Below are positions 26,341 to 39,100 of a stretch of 64,000 nucleotides of DNA, one piece after another. The stretch covers positions 19,530,001 to 19,594,000 of the forward strand of contig JAQFVV010000004.1 in the NCBI GenBank assembly GCA_028023455.1, written 5' to 3'. The position numbers were made by a program, and so were the translations under genes. The notes under the pieces were generated by a model. That model saw nothing but the letters and a program-made list of their open reading frames with translations. It did no database searches and was not told where the DNA came from. Position 1 is the first letter of the stretch; each line of letters opens with the position of its first letter. This DNA comes from Epiperipatus broadwayi. Lineage: Eukaryota > Animalia > Onychophora.

Positions 26341-27547
26341 ATCTTGCCATGTAATGAAATACATCTTCAATTTTAGTAGAGACAACATATATATATTGTA
26401 TTATAAGCACATAATAATTGTCATTATATTTGTTTTTATGATTGTGTGTTATTTCTTAATTTATCAGACTCTTAACCATATTATAGTGTAAACACGAGAA
26501 TTAGTGCAGTCACAATAGGATTTATCCTCTTGGGTGGTTTAGATCTTTGTCATTTATTTGAAAGAAAAATATCAGTTAACATTATTAGCACATTAATAAT
26601 AATAATAATAAAAAGATCACAATACTAATAGGTGCTCATTTTTGTAAAGAAAAGTTGAAGCAAAAAAAAAAGTTTCCAAGGTGAAAGAAAAAAATCAAAA
26701 TGGTGAAAATTGGTATCTGGAAGAGTTCACCAATTGCAATTAAGAAAATTGGCTATCTTATGTGGATTACACTTAATCTAAAATGTTATTATAGAATTAG
26801 TTTTGCACTATAAAATAAATATATAGATTTTATGGTTATACTCATTTGTTTAGATAACTGACTTATATAATATTATTCCTGTCTTTAATAAATATTAATG
26901 TGATTCAATACATAGGAAATTTGTTTTGTTATTGAAACTTTTAAAAGTTTTACTTTCATTAATGCATAGTCAGACCCCTTACTGTTCACATCTTTTCCCT
27001 TCATTTATATTTTTATGACTAGATTAGGAAAAAAAACTCTTGTGATAATAATCGTATCAAATAAAATTTTGAACTGTAGAATAAAATTAATTACGTCTGT
27101 GAATGTTTATCAATGAGGATAAAAGAGTAAAATTTGTTTCTAAAAGTTGTTTGCAATAGTGTATTGATAAATCTATTAGATAATCATAAGTTATATTTTA
27201 ACACTTTTTGAGTAAACATGTAATAGATTTAATAATACATTGAATAGGAAAGCAGTAAATCTAACAGTGATAATACTACACTATTCCATGTTCTAGTAAC
27301 AAGATCAATACTGCAATAATGATTCAATATATTACAGTTATTGCATTTAATAAAGATGCCACCACAATTTAGTGCAATAGGTCCAGACTGAGAACATTTA
27401 AATCACATTTAATCTTTGCTTGAAGAAAGAATGATTGCACACAGGTAAAACTCTCCATATAGTAACATCACTCAATGCAAGCCAGAGTAATCAATGGATG
27501 CAGGAAGATTTTTGCATAAAATTCCTATCTAGTGTCTGCTCATCCAA

Positions 27548-27587
27548 TATCAGACTAGTTTCTAGCTTTTGGTTTTCATCAGTGAGG
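27548..27587 (-). ncRNA. Type I hammerhead ribozyme motif (family B, left arm)
   Basis: Minus strand CCTCA-CTGATGA-AAACCAAAAGCTA-GAAAC-TA-GTC-TGAT. Core and GTC triplet intact, stems eroded. Confidence 0.75.
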
Positions 27588-27618
27588 ATCTAGATGTAGT
27601 GCTTTCATATCCAAGGCG

Positions 27619-27658
27619 CCTCACTGATGAAAGCCAAAAGCTAAAAACTAGTCTGGGA
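27619..27658 (+). ncRNA. Type I hammerhead ribozyme motif (family B, right arm)
   Basis: CCTCA-CTGATGA-A-AGC-CAAAA-GCT-A-AAAAC-TA-GTC-TGGGA. GAAAC mutated to AAAAC. Confidence 0.7.
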
Positions 27659-28534
27659 TATTGGATGAATAGGCACTAGATGCACAAACCTTCCTGCATC
27701 CATTGATTACTCTGACTTGCACTGAATCACACTACTATATGAAGAGTTTTGACTGTGTGTAAACAGCTGATGTAAGCATAAAGAATGGTGATCATATGAA
27801 GAAATAATGATGGCAACATGCACCTTTTACTAGTTAATATTGTATGAAATTTCATTTTTGGATATATTATTAATTCATTTTTAGTATAATATTCTATGAA
27901 TTAGTAGAAAAAGTGTATTGCTTGTTAGGTATCATTTCCATATATTTTCACTCTTCTCAAATTTCCCTATTATTTGTTAAATAAAATTTTGGTGATTTGT
28001 AGTTACAAATCATACATCCCATAATGCTTTCTTGATTTTTGGTTTTATACTGTGCATAAATAAGGGCTTTGAAATGTGGAAGAATTTTTTTATCAAATGA
28101 ATCAATAGTTTTGTTAGTTTTAGCTTTTATATGCTGAATGCTTATTTTCAATATTTTTTATGATACTTAAAAATGGAAGAGAAATTGACAGAGTTTTGAA
28201 GATTTTCTCTAATAATTCTTAAATTTAATTGTCTCTTTAGTTTATCTTTAAGCCAATTAGTAAATGAGTTATCTTACAGATCAATAAATTCAGTAGATGT
28301 CACAAAGCTATTATTAAAATAAGAAGCATATAATTCAGATTGTTGAGGGTTTTTTTTTCTAATATTTAATAAGTAAAAAAAACTGATAAGGAATTTAGCA
28401 ATAATTTTTCACTTATATTATTCTGTAAGATATGTGGGATTCGAACTCAGACTTTCATATGACCCACCACTCTCACTGCTATCTCATATTGCTGACCCAC
28501 CCGATCACACACATGTTGAAAAGATAAATAATCA

Positions 28535-28576
28535 CCAATATATGTATTTCATGCTAAACCAGCAATCATCAGTTGG
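28535..28576 (-). ncRNA. Type I hammerhead ribozyme motif (family A, A2 left arm)
   Basis: Minus strand CCAA-CTGATGA-TTGC-TGGTTTA-GCAT-GAAAT-ACAT-ATA-TTGG. Confidence 0.8.
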
Positions 28577-28996
28577 TCTAGATTACTAGCCTCACGTACA
28601 TATATAATCAGTGCTCAGCTTTATATTAAGATAGCCAATCTTCATACTTTAATGGACAGGCTTCAAACTATTCCAACTCACAACTTTTCAGCCCTCCATT
28701 TCATTGAAAATCTGATGATGGAACATTCAAAACCATTGTTAGTGCCAAGGTTGTCATCCTACCCATGTATAAATGGATTATTATCCTGTACATGAGGGGT
28801 CAGAATGACTAATATGACAACCTTGGCACTAACAAGGGCCTTGAATGTTCCATCATCAGATTTTCAATGAAATGGAAGGCTGAAGAGTTGTGAGTTGGAA
28901 TAGTTTGAAGCCTGTCCATTAAAGTATGAAGATTGGCTATCTTAATATAAAGCTGAGCACTGATTATATATATATGTGTGAGGATAGTAATCTAGA

Positions 28997-29038
28997 CCAA
29001 CTGATGATTGCTGGTTTAGCATGAAATATGTATATTGG
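28997..29038 (+). ncRNA. Type I hammerhead ribozyme motif (family A, A2 right arm)
   Basis: CCAA-CTGATGA-TTGC-TGGTTTA-GCAT-GAAAT-ATGT-ATA-TTGG. Stem I CCAA/TTGG, ATA triplet. Confidence 0.8.
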
Positions 29039-31429
29039 TGATTATTTATCTTTTCAACATGTGTGTGATCAGGTGGGTCAGCAATATGAGATGCACTGAG
29101 AGTGGTGGGTTGTGTGAAAGTCTGAGTTCGAATTCCACATATATTACACATATAAATGCAGGTTTAAGCCTGTACAATGTATTATTCTGTAAGGAAATTT
29201 CTTTTAGAGAGGTATTAAAAATGATGTAATTATCCTACTCAATATCTTTAATTTTTTTTATATTCACACTATCCACTGAGAAAAAAGCTACTTATTTATT
29301 GAATTTGCAGTTTTAAAATTAGTAGAAGTTTTAAAAGAGATTTTAAAAGTGTAGTAAACTCTTGATCAACATCAGAATGCAAAATGATATTGTTATGAAT
29401 TTTTTTTTAAATATATTTGGAAATTTCTATAATTTTATTATCTCCCAAACCAACACATAACCTCTGTGAAGTAGCATTAACACCATTCATTTTATTATTC
29501 ATTAAAATTGTTGATTCTATAAAAGTTTTCTCTTTACATATTAATAGCAATACATAAAGTTGATCTGGATGCTAAATATATATTCTTAACAAGCTGAATG
29601 TTGAATTTGATCCATTTTCAAAAATGTATGTTATTGTTAGTGTAGATTTTGTAATTGGAATGACACCATCTTACATTCAACTATCAAAGCTTTCTACTGT
29701 ACAATCCCTTATAAAATGCTTATAATTTCTGATCATAATTATTATTGGGTAACATATTTTATATCATGTATTAATAATCTTGTAACTTCATTCAATTTTA
29801 ATTTTAAAAATTATTTAAATAGACTCCAGAGTTATGTTAGTAAATGATTATCACATGACATTGTTCAGCCATCTTCTGAATTCAAGTACTCTAAAGAATG
29901 CTTTATCTAGAGCTTACCTGATTTTTGGTTAATGATGAAGGTATTTTATTTTTATACTTTGGAATGATTTTATCTTTGCATATGCATGTCCAAAACATCA
30001 ATATCAATTCTTAGAATTTTTTTACTTATTTAAAAAATATCAGATTTTATTTAAACGATACAGAAACTTGTTATTTAAATCAAATTTCTTGTTGTAATTG
30101 ATAACAGTAATATGTAAATCACATTTTTTTTTTTGTAATGATCTGCTAATCAAAATCATATTTACAATCCTCTTTCATTTTTTTAAAACAGATTGAATCT
30201 GATTACCACAGTCATTTTTACCTGGAAAAAACATATACAATAAACTCCTTGATAAATAATTTTACTGTGATGGAAACCCAATGATATTCCACAATAATTA
30301 ATGTAGTAAATTCTAACTTCTTTACTTTTATTAGCCCCAATCGTATAAACATGCATTTCTAAAAATAAAAAAGTTAATATATGGCTACCATATTTAAAAA
30401 TTTTGCCAAATAACTGATCAAGAATTTATCTTTTTCAATTTTTAAGATTAACCTTAATAATCTAAATATCTTTGTCTTAATGTAAATGAGTTGATATTCT
30501 GTTGACTATTAGTAGCAGTTACCTGATTTCTTGGATCATTATTCTAAAATGATTAAAATATTTTTCTCATCTCACCAAAATAACATTGTTATAAACAAAA
30601 GGCCTGATATTAATTTAATAAAATTCCAATAGTTTTTTTAATCCATATATTATTTTTAAAGCATCAAAAAGATTCTAAAGTAACTATGATCACCAAATGA
30701 TTATATCTCAATTGCAGTTTGATCTACCAATCTTACTTTAGTTTTTAATTTACCAATCATTCTTTATTCTTTTTACTCTATTTCTGTCTTTAAATCTTAT
30801 GAAATTTCACATCATTTCACTTCACAGTAATAATAACTCAGCATTAAACAAAGCAGTATTTTTAAATCATAAACCCAACAGCAGAATTACTCTTATTCAT
30901 TAGCTTGAAAATTCAAGAACAATTTAGAGTTTAACAATTGTTTAGATGTGCTTATCACTGATATTAGTTCACTTTTGCACTACTGTATTTAGGATGACAT
31001 TTTTTTAAGTACACTATGATGTATCCATGTTTTTTTAAATAGTAATTTAGTAAAACATTCATAAAAATTAATATACACGTTATGCAAAAATTTATAAATT
31101 ATTCAAGCCCATATTTCCTAACAATATCTTTACAGTTAATCCCCACTAAAATATTTAATAAAAAGCTTTGTTTATACATTGATATTAATGCAATAAAACC
31201 ATCCAATAAAGAATACATATACACATTTTTCAAAAATCTTCAATTGCCATGATAAAGATCTAAAATTTGAATCCAGGTCGGATGAAACTCGGAATTTTTC
31301 AGATTCTGACTAGAATTATGATTTTTTTTTTTAAAAAAAACATGACTAATACATTAGAAAAATAATAATCATCTGATTATTTGTTATATTAATTAACTAG
31401 TATTAGCTAAATGTGAAAATGATGAGAGA

Positions 31430-32998
31430 AAAAAATCCTCACCAAAGAACAATATTCCCCTTTGCTCTTTGACAGTAGAAAAATGCTCGAAAACCATTTG
31501 TTTTCGTGATGGATTGTTTAAAGGCTCTCACCTTAAAGCTGTAAGATAATTATGAACTCAGTAATTATAAGAGTACCATCCAGGATTAACACATCAAATG
31601 CCAATTAATCTGGAATCATTATCCTCAAGTTAATAATGGCTAGACTCCTTTTAACAATCACGATTGAATTTAATAAATGGATTGGCCACGGATCTGCTAC
31701 ATTTACTTCAGTTTCATCTGTAAATAAACTTATTATGTTCAATGTAGCACAATTACAACTATTTCAGACATCTATCAAATATTGATCAGTTAATAGAAGG
31801 GGATCAGTTTCTACTTGTTTTACCTTTAGCCAACCCACATCTGCAAAATTAGTTTGTACTGAGCGACATGATGTTAGGCAAAAAGTAAAAGAAGCATACT
31901 TTATAGCGGAGGACTCTTTCACCATTAATCGTAAGGATGCATGTCTTGCAATATCTAAAAGATGGTCTTAGTGACTCATTTGCATATAATTTGCATATCA
32001 GATTTATTTATATAATGATTTCAAAGAAAGGATCATAACTGACTATGAATATGAGAAGTACATCTTCTTGAAAGTGCTTAGCCATTTAATTTAGTTTTCA
32101 ATTTGTTGTTATAGCTTTACGTTGGAAGTGTGAAAGCACGATTTATTATTATATTGGACAAACGTAAAGTATAAATATACAGGTTGTTACTTAATGTTAA
32201 TTTCTGTAATACCCAAATAATTTAGAATTAATTTGGATCAAACAATTTTCTTTAAATCCTAGCTTACTGGTATAAAAAAGAAACATTCTACCAGGAGTAA
32301 TCACCTCCAAGATTGCAGGCACCAAATAGGGTTCTAATGCTGACAACCTTAGAACTTCTGGACAAGCATTTATTTACTCTGTGGCAAATACTGCTCTCCA
32401 GTATGTTGCAGAAGTGCACTTACTAATCTCATGGATAGTCAGGTTAATAAAAACTTGTATTATTTCTGGCACTTTTAAATCAATACCAGTAGAAATGTTA
32501 TCTGTACTCACAAATATCCTCCAGCTAATCTCAGACACAGATTGGCAACTATCAATGATTTAAAAAGCTTGTTGAGCTATCAAATCATCCGATCAGTCTT
32601 ATTATGAATAGTCTCCAAACATCAGACTAAAATCAAGGCACCCTTTTCAACTTACTGGTAATTCTCAGCAACCACCCACATTGGATATCAATAGAATGTG
32701 GGCACATAATTGAAATAACTCAAATATAAATAATCATACTCTTATAACTGACTCTACTCTCTGAATACCTGGTTTTTTCCTTACAAAAATCTCTGAATGA
32801 AGATTAACAGAATCAGATAGGCTAGAATAGATGTTGTTATAGAATCTCCAAACTGTGAGTGTGGATAGGGAGTGTCCAATTTACCAGAACCCTGCTGGCT
32901 TTTTAGATTTACATAGCTTGAAGAAGTCAGCTCTTGATTGCTTAAAAACTGTTGATATTAAATTTTGATGTGCTGACACCATACTCTAAATAAAATAA
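31430..32998 (+). mobile_element. Decayed Vingi/Ingi-like LINE, 3' part
   Basis: Translations KIAGTK*GSNADNLRTSGQAFIYSVA, IISGTFKSIPVEMLSVLTNI, RLKSRHPF, PGF, INRIR, SPNCECG and DLHSLKKSALDCLKTVDIKF-stop (TGA 32966-32968) follow the remembered Vingi ORF C-terminal motif order. 5' limit approximate. Confidence 0.7.
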
Positions 32999-35900
32999 TT
33001 CTTAACAGAAAGTAAAGTGTAGAAGGAAAAATCTTTAAAGTTGATGAAAAAATACAAGAGTTTTTAAGAGTGCAGTCATTTATGTTAAACCATTATTTTA
33101 TATGTAAATTGAACAGTTGTATGATTTATTGTTATTATAAACTATATATGGGAAAATTTTTTTAATGTGAAGTCAGTAATAATAATTGACCAATAAAATA
33201 TTTGCTGACTGATTAATAATTAAAAAGAATTTCTCATCTTTGTTAGAGAGTGTTTTCCTGCTCTTTTTGTGAAATGCCCCCAAATTTTATTCTTTAGAAG
33301 TTTTCATTTCTCTATGAATTTGCTTACAGACTTGTAAATGTTGTTTTTAAAAGCAATATATCTTTTACTGAAGACATTTGCTTTTAACTCTTACACCTAC
33401 CAATAAAGAAAATAAAAAAAAATTTTTTTTTTCAAAGGTTTTTTTGACATTTTAGACAACATATTAAGATTCATCACACTATAGTAAAAATAACAAAATT
33501 AGTTTGCTAAATATTGTGTGTATACTGTACTATCCTGAATTAGATTCTAATAGGCATTATGGTGATGTTGGATGGAACAAAGGTCACACAGCAGTTGGTA
33601 CCATAGACAAAAATACCCCATAAATATTAAAATATCTCAGGTTCTTGTAATATTTTAAATTTTATCTCAGGTTGTTGTTTAAATCTCAAATTCTTATATT
33701 TCAAGCTTACATACTAAGTCTATACTTTATCTATATCTTAGGATTCACTCATGTACTTGATATAAGAACTGTGATTTTGTGTTAAATGCTTTAACATTTT
33801 TAAATGCAATAACCATTTAAGCTATACATTAAATATTCTGTCTTCTTATAAATTTTGTCATAAAATATCTTGTCTCTTAAGCAAACAAATATGCAAAAAT
33901 CAAGTGTCTCAAACTTTAGGTAACACATGGTTAGCATATGCAATACTATTCAAATATTTCCAAATTTCTTCTTATGTAACTATTCAATTCATATATAATT
34001 TTAATATCTATAAGTATGAACCTGTACCAAGTACTACAAAAAAATAATGCAGCAGGTAGAAAGGATAAATGTTATGCAACCCACAGCATTATAAAATACA
34101 CTTAAAATAAAGATGAAACAATATTGTATTATCTTATTACAATATAGGTGAAATAGATAATAAACAAAATAGATAATAAAATTACAAGCACATTGAGGTG
34201 CTGGCAGGAGAAGCTATATCAAGTACTCTTATACATCAACAAATAAGTAAGTAAAAGCTGAGCGCTTTCAAGGCATGTTGCCCCATAACTAAATTTTATG
34301 TGACCACTGAAGTGTACTGCTTTATAAAATAATGAAAAATAAAACTTTATTAAATTTTCTGGATAAATGAATTTAATAATGGCAACAAAACAGAAACATA
34401 ATTAATGAATAGAAAGATATTTATTTACAGGATAATAATAATAACATTTAACACAATAAATATTTACAATAACTATTAATTTTAATCTAACGAATTGTTC
34501 TAATAGAAATTTTGGTACACTTTGAAATAAAATACCCTTCTGAAACATTCCTACGAAATTTATAATAAAAACATTTATATTACCTAAGAAGTTCTTACAT
34601 TTTATTTGATACTATCTCTCTTTCTATATGCTCATATATAGACCACTAATATGATATTAAATATATTCAGCACTAACAATAGCTAAAAATCAATGTGGGA
34701 AACACTTTCTGTGGAATTGTAAAGATAACTTAATATTATAAAAAATAATCAAACATTACAATTCTATTAATATCTATGAGGGTTAGGAAATAAATAAGCT
34801 CAATACATACAATTATATTAATATACTTAAAATTAAACTGTAGTAGAGCTAATAAACTAATCTAAAAGATGAACATGCCTTAAAATATTCTCACATATTA
34901 AAAATACACAATAATATTAAATTATAGGCAAAGTGGATTATGGGAAATATATGAATAGGCAACCAGTAGCTCGACCTGGTAGTGTTCTGATGGAGTAGCT
35001 TAATAATAACATATGATGAATAGCCAACTGGTAACTTGACCTGGAAGTGCAGAAACAAGTGAGCCATGCTCTCTCTCTCTCTCATGGATGGTCTTAACAC
35101 ATATAAAAGCAATAAAAATATCCACATAAAAATACTTAAATTGATACCTGCCTCAAAGCATCATATCAATTAATAACCACACAAAGCATGAAGTTAATAA
35201 TAATCATAAATAAATAACTCGCACACACATTCATAAGCAAAATAACATATCTATTCAGTCTGTCACTATATGTAAATCGACACATCATGTTTGCATAATA
35301 ACATTAATTATTAAAACTTTACAAACTATCTAAACTTGCACATATCAACTTCCATATATTTCGTTCCTAATCAAATGTCAAATATAAAAGCTGTTTTTAC
35401 CCTGGGTACAATAACACATTTTATTAAACTATAATAAAAATGCAGAGAACCATTAATAATTTAAGTTCTCAAAATACCTAGAAGTTTTCTTACCAAACCC
35501 ATTTAATGGGTATACTATTATAAAATTATAATATCATAAATAGTATAACAATGAAATAATTATAAATTGGAAAACTATAATTACACAATAATAAAATCAC
35601 TTCAAATTTGTAAAACATAGACATATATGCTATACTTGTTTACCCATTTCAATTAAGGATTAAAAGTTACTTCATTTTTTAAAAAAAATGAAATTAACCC
35701 TTTTAATTGAGGAGTCCTTTTATTATTTTCTTTAATGAAATATACTACAACACAACTTTTATTACAGTAGATAAAATAAATATGCACACAACAGTATAGA
35801 ACAGGAATTTCTTGATAGCAATCATAATGCAATTGAAATATAAACTTAAAGAGAAATGTGCTGACAATAGGTATAGCTAAGTGATAATAAATAAAAAGTA

Positions 35901-36084
35901 AACAGTTTCTTTATAAAGTTAAACATTATTTCATTAATATTACTGCATGAAAGCAATGAAAATATGCTTTAAATAAATAGGTGGATGAATTCTAAATTAA
36001 TAATCTATAATAACAATAAAATATTTTATTTGCATTGACAAAAAAATAGAAGAGCAAAATCTTTTCTAAAGTATTGAGGAAGTT

Positions 36085-36176
36085 GTCAAGCGTTGGTGGC
36101 CGAATGGTTAGCACAGCTGCTTTACAAACAGTTGTTCCGGGATTCGCTTACCGGCAGACGCGTTGACACATGAAAA
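36085..36176 (+). mobile_element. tRNA-Gly(TCC)-derived mini-SINE (family E), full-length copy
   Basis: Body 36090-36161 GCGTTGGTGG..TGGTTAGCA-CAGCTGC-TTTACAA-ACAGTTG..CCGGG..CCGGC..ACGC aligns with eukaryotic tRNA-Gly-TCC. Leader GTCAA, trailer TTGAAC-free TTGACACATG, short poly(A). TSD AAAGTATTGAGGAAGTT(G) at 36068-36085 and 36177-36194. Confidence 0.85.
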
Positions 36177-39100
36177 AAAGTATTGAGGAAGTTGATTAAG
36201 ATGACACTTTACTTCATTAGAATTATATAAAGCAGTTTAAAACTATTGCATTTTTTTTTTTTTTTAAAGACTGGCAATAATTTTTAAGCAATTCATTACT
36301 ATAACTCTTTTGGTGTGATAAAAATATAAGTTTTCAAACTTATTTCTACCAAGTTATAACAACTATCTTTTATTATCTGCATAAATGATTTATTCTAAAA
36401 TTAGAGCTTTATCAAATATAACGAATAACATCATTAAGAACTAGAATTAATGTTAATAATGATTTTAAAAGTTATAGTAAAATGTTAATTAAATGATTTA
36501 CTAGCCAAAAGTTTAAATTAACTGAAAGTCTATAAATAGAATAAAATAAACTTATGCCTATCTCGACATCTTATAGGTTTCCAATAACTTCCCTTCTTTT
36601 CTTCCAATGCATAAGCTTGTGGTTAAGACCTGTAGAGGTCCCTACTTTCGCATTTTTAACTGCACAAGCTTTAGGTTTATTGCCTTAGTAAATATTACTT
36701 AAAGAAATAATATAAATTGTGTATCTTCCAATGACTTATTATTTCATGAATAGGTGAATATGTATGGTAGAGTAATATTACAGGGGTAACTTTAATCTCT
36801 TACCCTGTCATTTAAACTGATAAAAATAATGATTAAGTGAAAATAATAACCTGAGAATAATGTGAATCTTGTGTTTTTTATTTTATTGTTTTTGCTTTTT
36901 ATCAACTGAGCTTGTTCTTTTTACTATATAATATGATTCAGCAAATGTGATTTGATTATTAGGGTAGAATTTTTAATATTAGCATATTTTTAACTTCTTT
37001 TAATTGCAAGGTTTTTTTATTTATAGAATTAACATTGAACTTACTAATTAAGACTTTCTAAACGTGTGATGTCTAAACAGTAAAATAATAATTAATTATT
37101 AACCAAAGCATTTATTTAACATTTAATAAAAATTATTTACTTAATTATGTTTTAAGACACATGCACAAACACTCACATTCATATACTAGATATAACTAAT
37201 ATTTTAAAAACATTTAAACTCAAATTTTATGTATTAAAAACTTATTTAAGTTAAAACCTATTCCAAATAGCTGTCTTTAAATTTAATGTCTAAAATTATA
37301 ACTTTAAACAGATATCACATTAATTAATACTTTATGAAATATTAATTTAAATGTATATTATTCTGAAAACTAGCAAAAAATAGAAACTTTATCATAAATT
37401 ATAATTTTATTTACTGAAATTAATTTTAAAACACAGCACATTCTAATCTAATCCTTTATTCAGGTTTAAATTATCAAATTTGAATTTTTTAAATAAGTTA
37501 ACTGGCATTACTTTAGCAAATTATTATTCAAGCATGTTTAACAGACCATTTTATTAATAAATTAGGATACTTAGTTAAGGCTTTATATAGCTTAACAACA
37601 ATGAAGTTTACTTATTACATAATTATCTTTATTTAAGTAAAAAAAAAATATTTAAATCTTACAAATTATATTTAACCCTTATGGGCTAAATATACAGTTA
37701 CAATATGTATAAATTTTATTCTCATAATTTTAAATGATAATGGATGTTTGAAATCATCAAGTAATGTTTTATCTTAATTTTGAGGTTATTATAGACACAT
37801 CCAAATATAAAATAATAATAATTTACAATTTATCCTTTTGCCTTTCTTTTCTTTTTTAAAAAACAATGTAGTGTAATTTATTTTTGAGCTTAATTTTTCT
37901 ATAAAGTATTTATAAGTTTAAAGACATATACTTTAATATTCACACATTTTAAAACAATAGATTAGGTAAATAATTTATATTCTCATGTGTGTGAGTATAT
38001 GTGCATGCATGTTTGGGTTAATGTTTAAATACAAGATTATTGAATAGATTTTAAATTGGAATGTTTTTAAGAAAATATTTGTTATTTTAAAATGTATTAT
38101 TTGTAATAATCTTTTAAAACAAACCAATGTATTTTATTTTTTAAAAAGAAATTTAAAATTATTGTTATTATTTTGCTTTAAAATATTTTGTTAAAATTGA
38201 AAGAAAATATTTCTTTTAAACATTAAAAAAGGACAATGTGTTGTTTGAAATTTTGGTTTGTTCAAATGATCTCTAATTAAAGTATAATAGTGGCTCAATG
38301 AAACTAAAAGTTGTACATTTTGAATTTATCAGTAAATTTTTTAAAAAAAAGTTATATATATATTTTAAAATGTCTTATGTGAGCTGTAATAGAATACAAT
38401 TCTGTTTCAAAGGCAATGTAGTCTTTAAGAGAAACCTGAAATAACTAAAATAAAATTTATTTACTGGAGCATTCTAGGAGAAAATTTTAAAATGCTAATA
38501 AAGTTTTAATCATGTGAGTTAATGTATATCTATATTTATATGTGTGTGTCAACAAATCAATAATTCACCAAGGATAAAATAATAACTAAATTGAATAATT
38601 ATCATTTTAAAAGGAATAATATTTATTAATTAATGTGAACTACAGTATGAAATCTTGACATGATTCATTAAGAATTATTTTTATAAATAAAGTATGGATA
38701 CTTTTAAAAAGAAACAAACATTGGGAATTTTTGTGTTTTAAAATATCAGATTCTCTTTGTGGATTAGTGAACTTAATAAAAATATGAACTAAAATTGAAG
38801 AACTCTTTGTAGTAAATATTGATCAATGTTTATATAGGTTGTATATTTTATGTAATTATATATGTTTTAATATTATTTTTATTTTAAAAGATTATCTAAC
38901 ATACATGTGTGAGAGTAAACATATAATGATATAAATGTACAACTAGCCAAAAGAAAATCTTAATAATGCTAAATTTATATTTAAATAATTATAATAGATT
39001 TTATTTAATTATTTGTTTGGTTTGCTGATAAATGCTCAGTAGGCAAACTGTACAAAATTAATATTTTCTTTGATATATATTTATTGTTTATTGGAGATAA

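Larger units (their letters stand above)
27436..27796. mobile_element. Family B HHR foldback element
   Basis: 15-bp TSD TGAAGAAA(G/T)AATGAT at 27421-27435 and 27797-27811. Arms about 27436-27590 and 27616-27761, 35-bp tail 27762-27796. Confidence 0.85.
28430..29179. mobile_element. Family A HHR foldback element, copy A2 (best preserved)
   Basis: 14-bp TSD TATTATTCTGTAAG at 28416-28429 and 29180-29193. Arms 28430-28757 and 28813-29142 (over 90% identical by eye), 55-bp spacer, 37-bp tail containing a small CAGG/CCTG hairpin. Confidence 0.92.
27830..30900 (-). mobile_element. Highly decayed LINE RT remnant, interrupted by A2
   Basis: Minus-strand ORF 27957-28151 (..IQHIKAKTNKTI..KALIY..) resembles LINE RT thumb sequence. 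Weak RT-like strings lie upstream (..SQRLCVGL.GD.., ILHSDVD). Limits approximate. Confidence 0.45.

Noticed and set aside
28700-28745. Second CTGATGA in family A arms as another hammerhead
   Set aside because: No consistent stem II, GAAA or stem I pairing across the four arms that contain it.
29120-29140. B-box-like GTTCGAATTCC at the outer end of family A arms as a Pol III promoter
   Set aside because: Present in A1, A2 and the 15.3-kb arm but absent from both A3 arms, and no convincing A-box.
28430-29150. Family A as a TGT...ACA DNA-transposon MITE (Ginger-like)
   Set aside because: The left TGTAAG belongs to the 14-bp TSD. Long variable TSDs, one-sided tails, a truncated single arm and HHRs point to retrotransposition.
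28942-29229. Similar short ORFs at 28942-29229 and 50305-50812 as a gene family
   Set aside because: They are chance frames through the family A repeat arms and are not conserved in length or start.
36090-36161. Functional tRNA gene
   Set aside because: Mismatched anticodon and T stems, altered T-loop, poly(A) and a long TSD indicate a retroposed copy.
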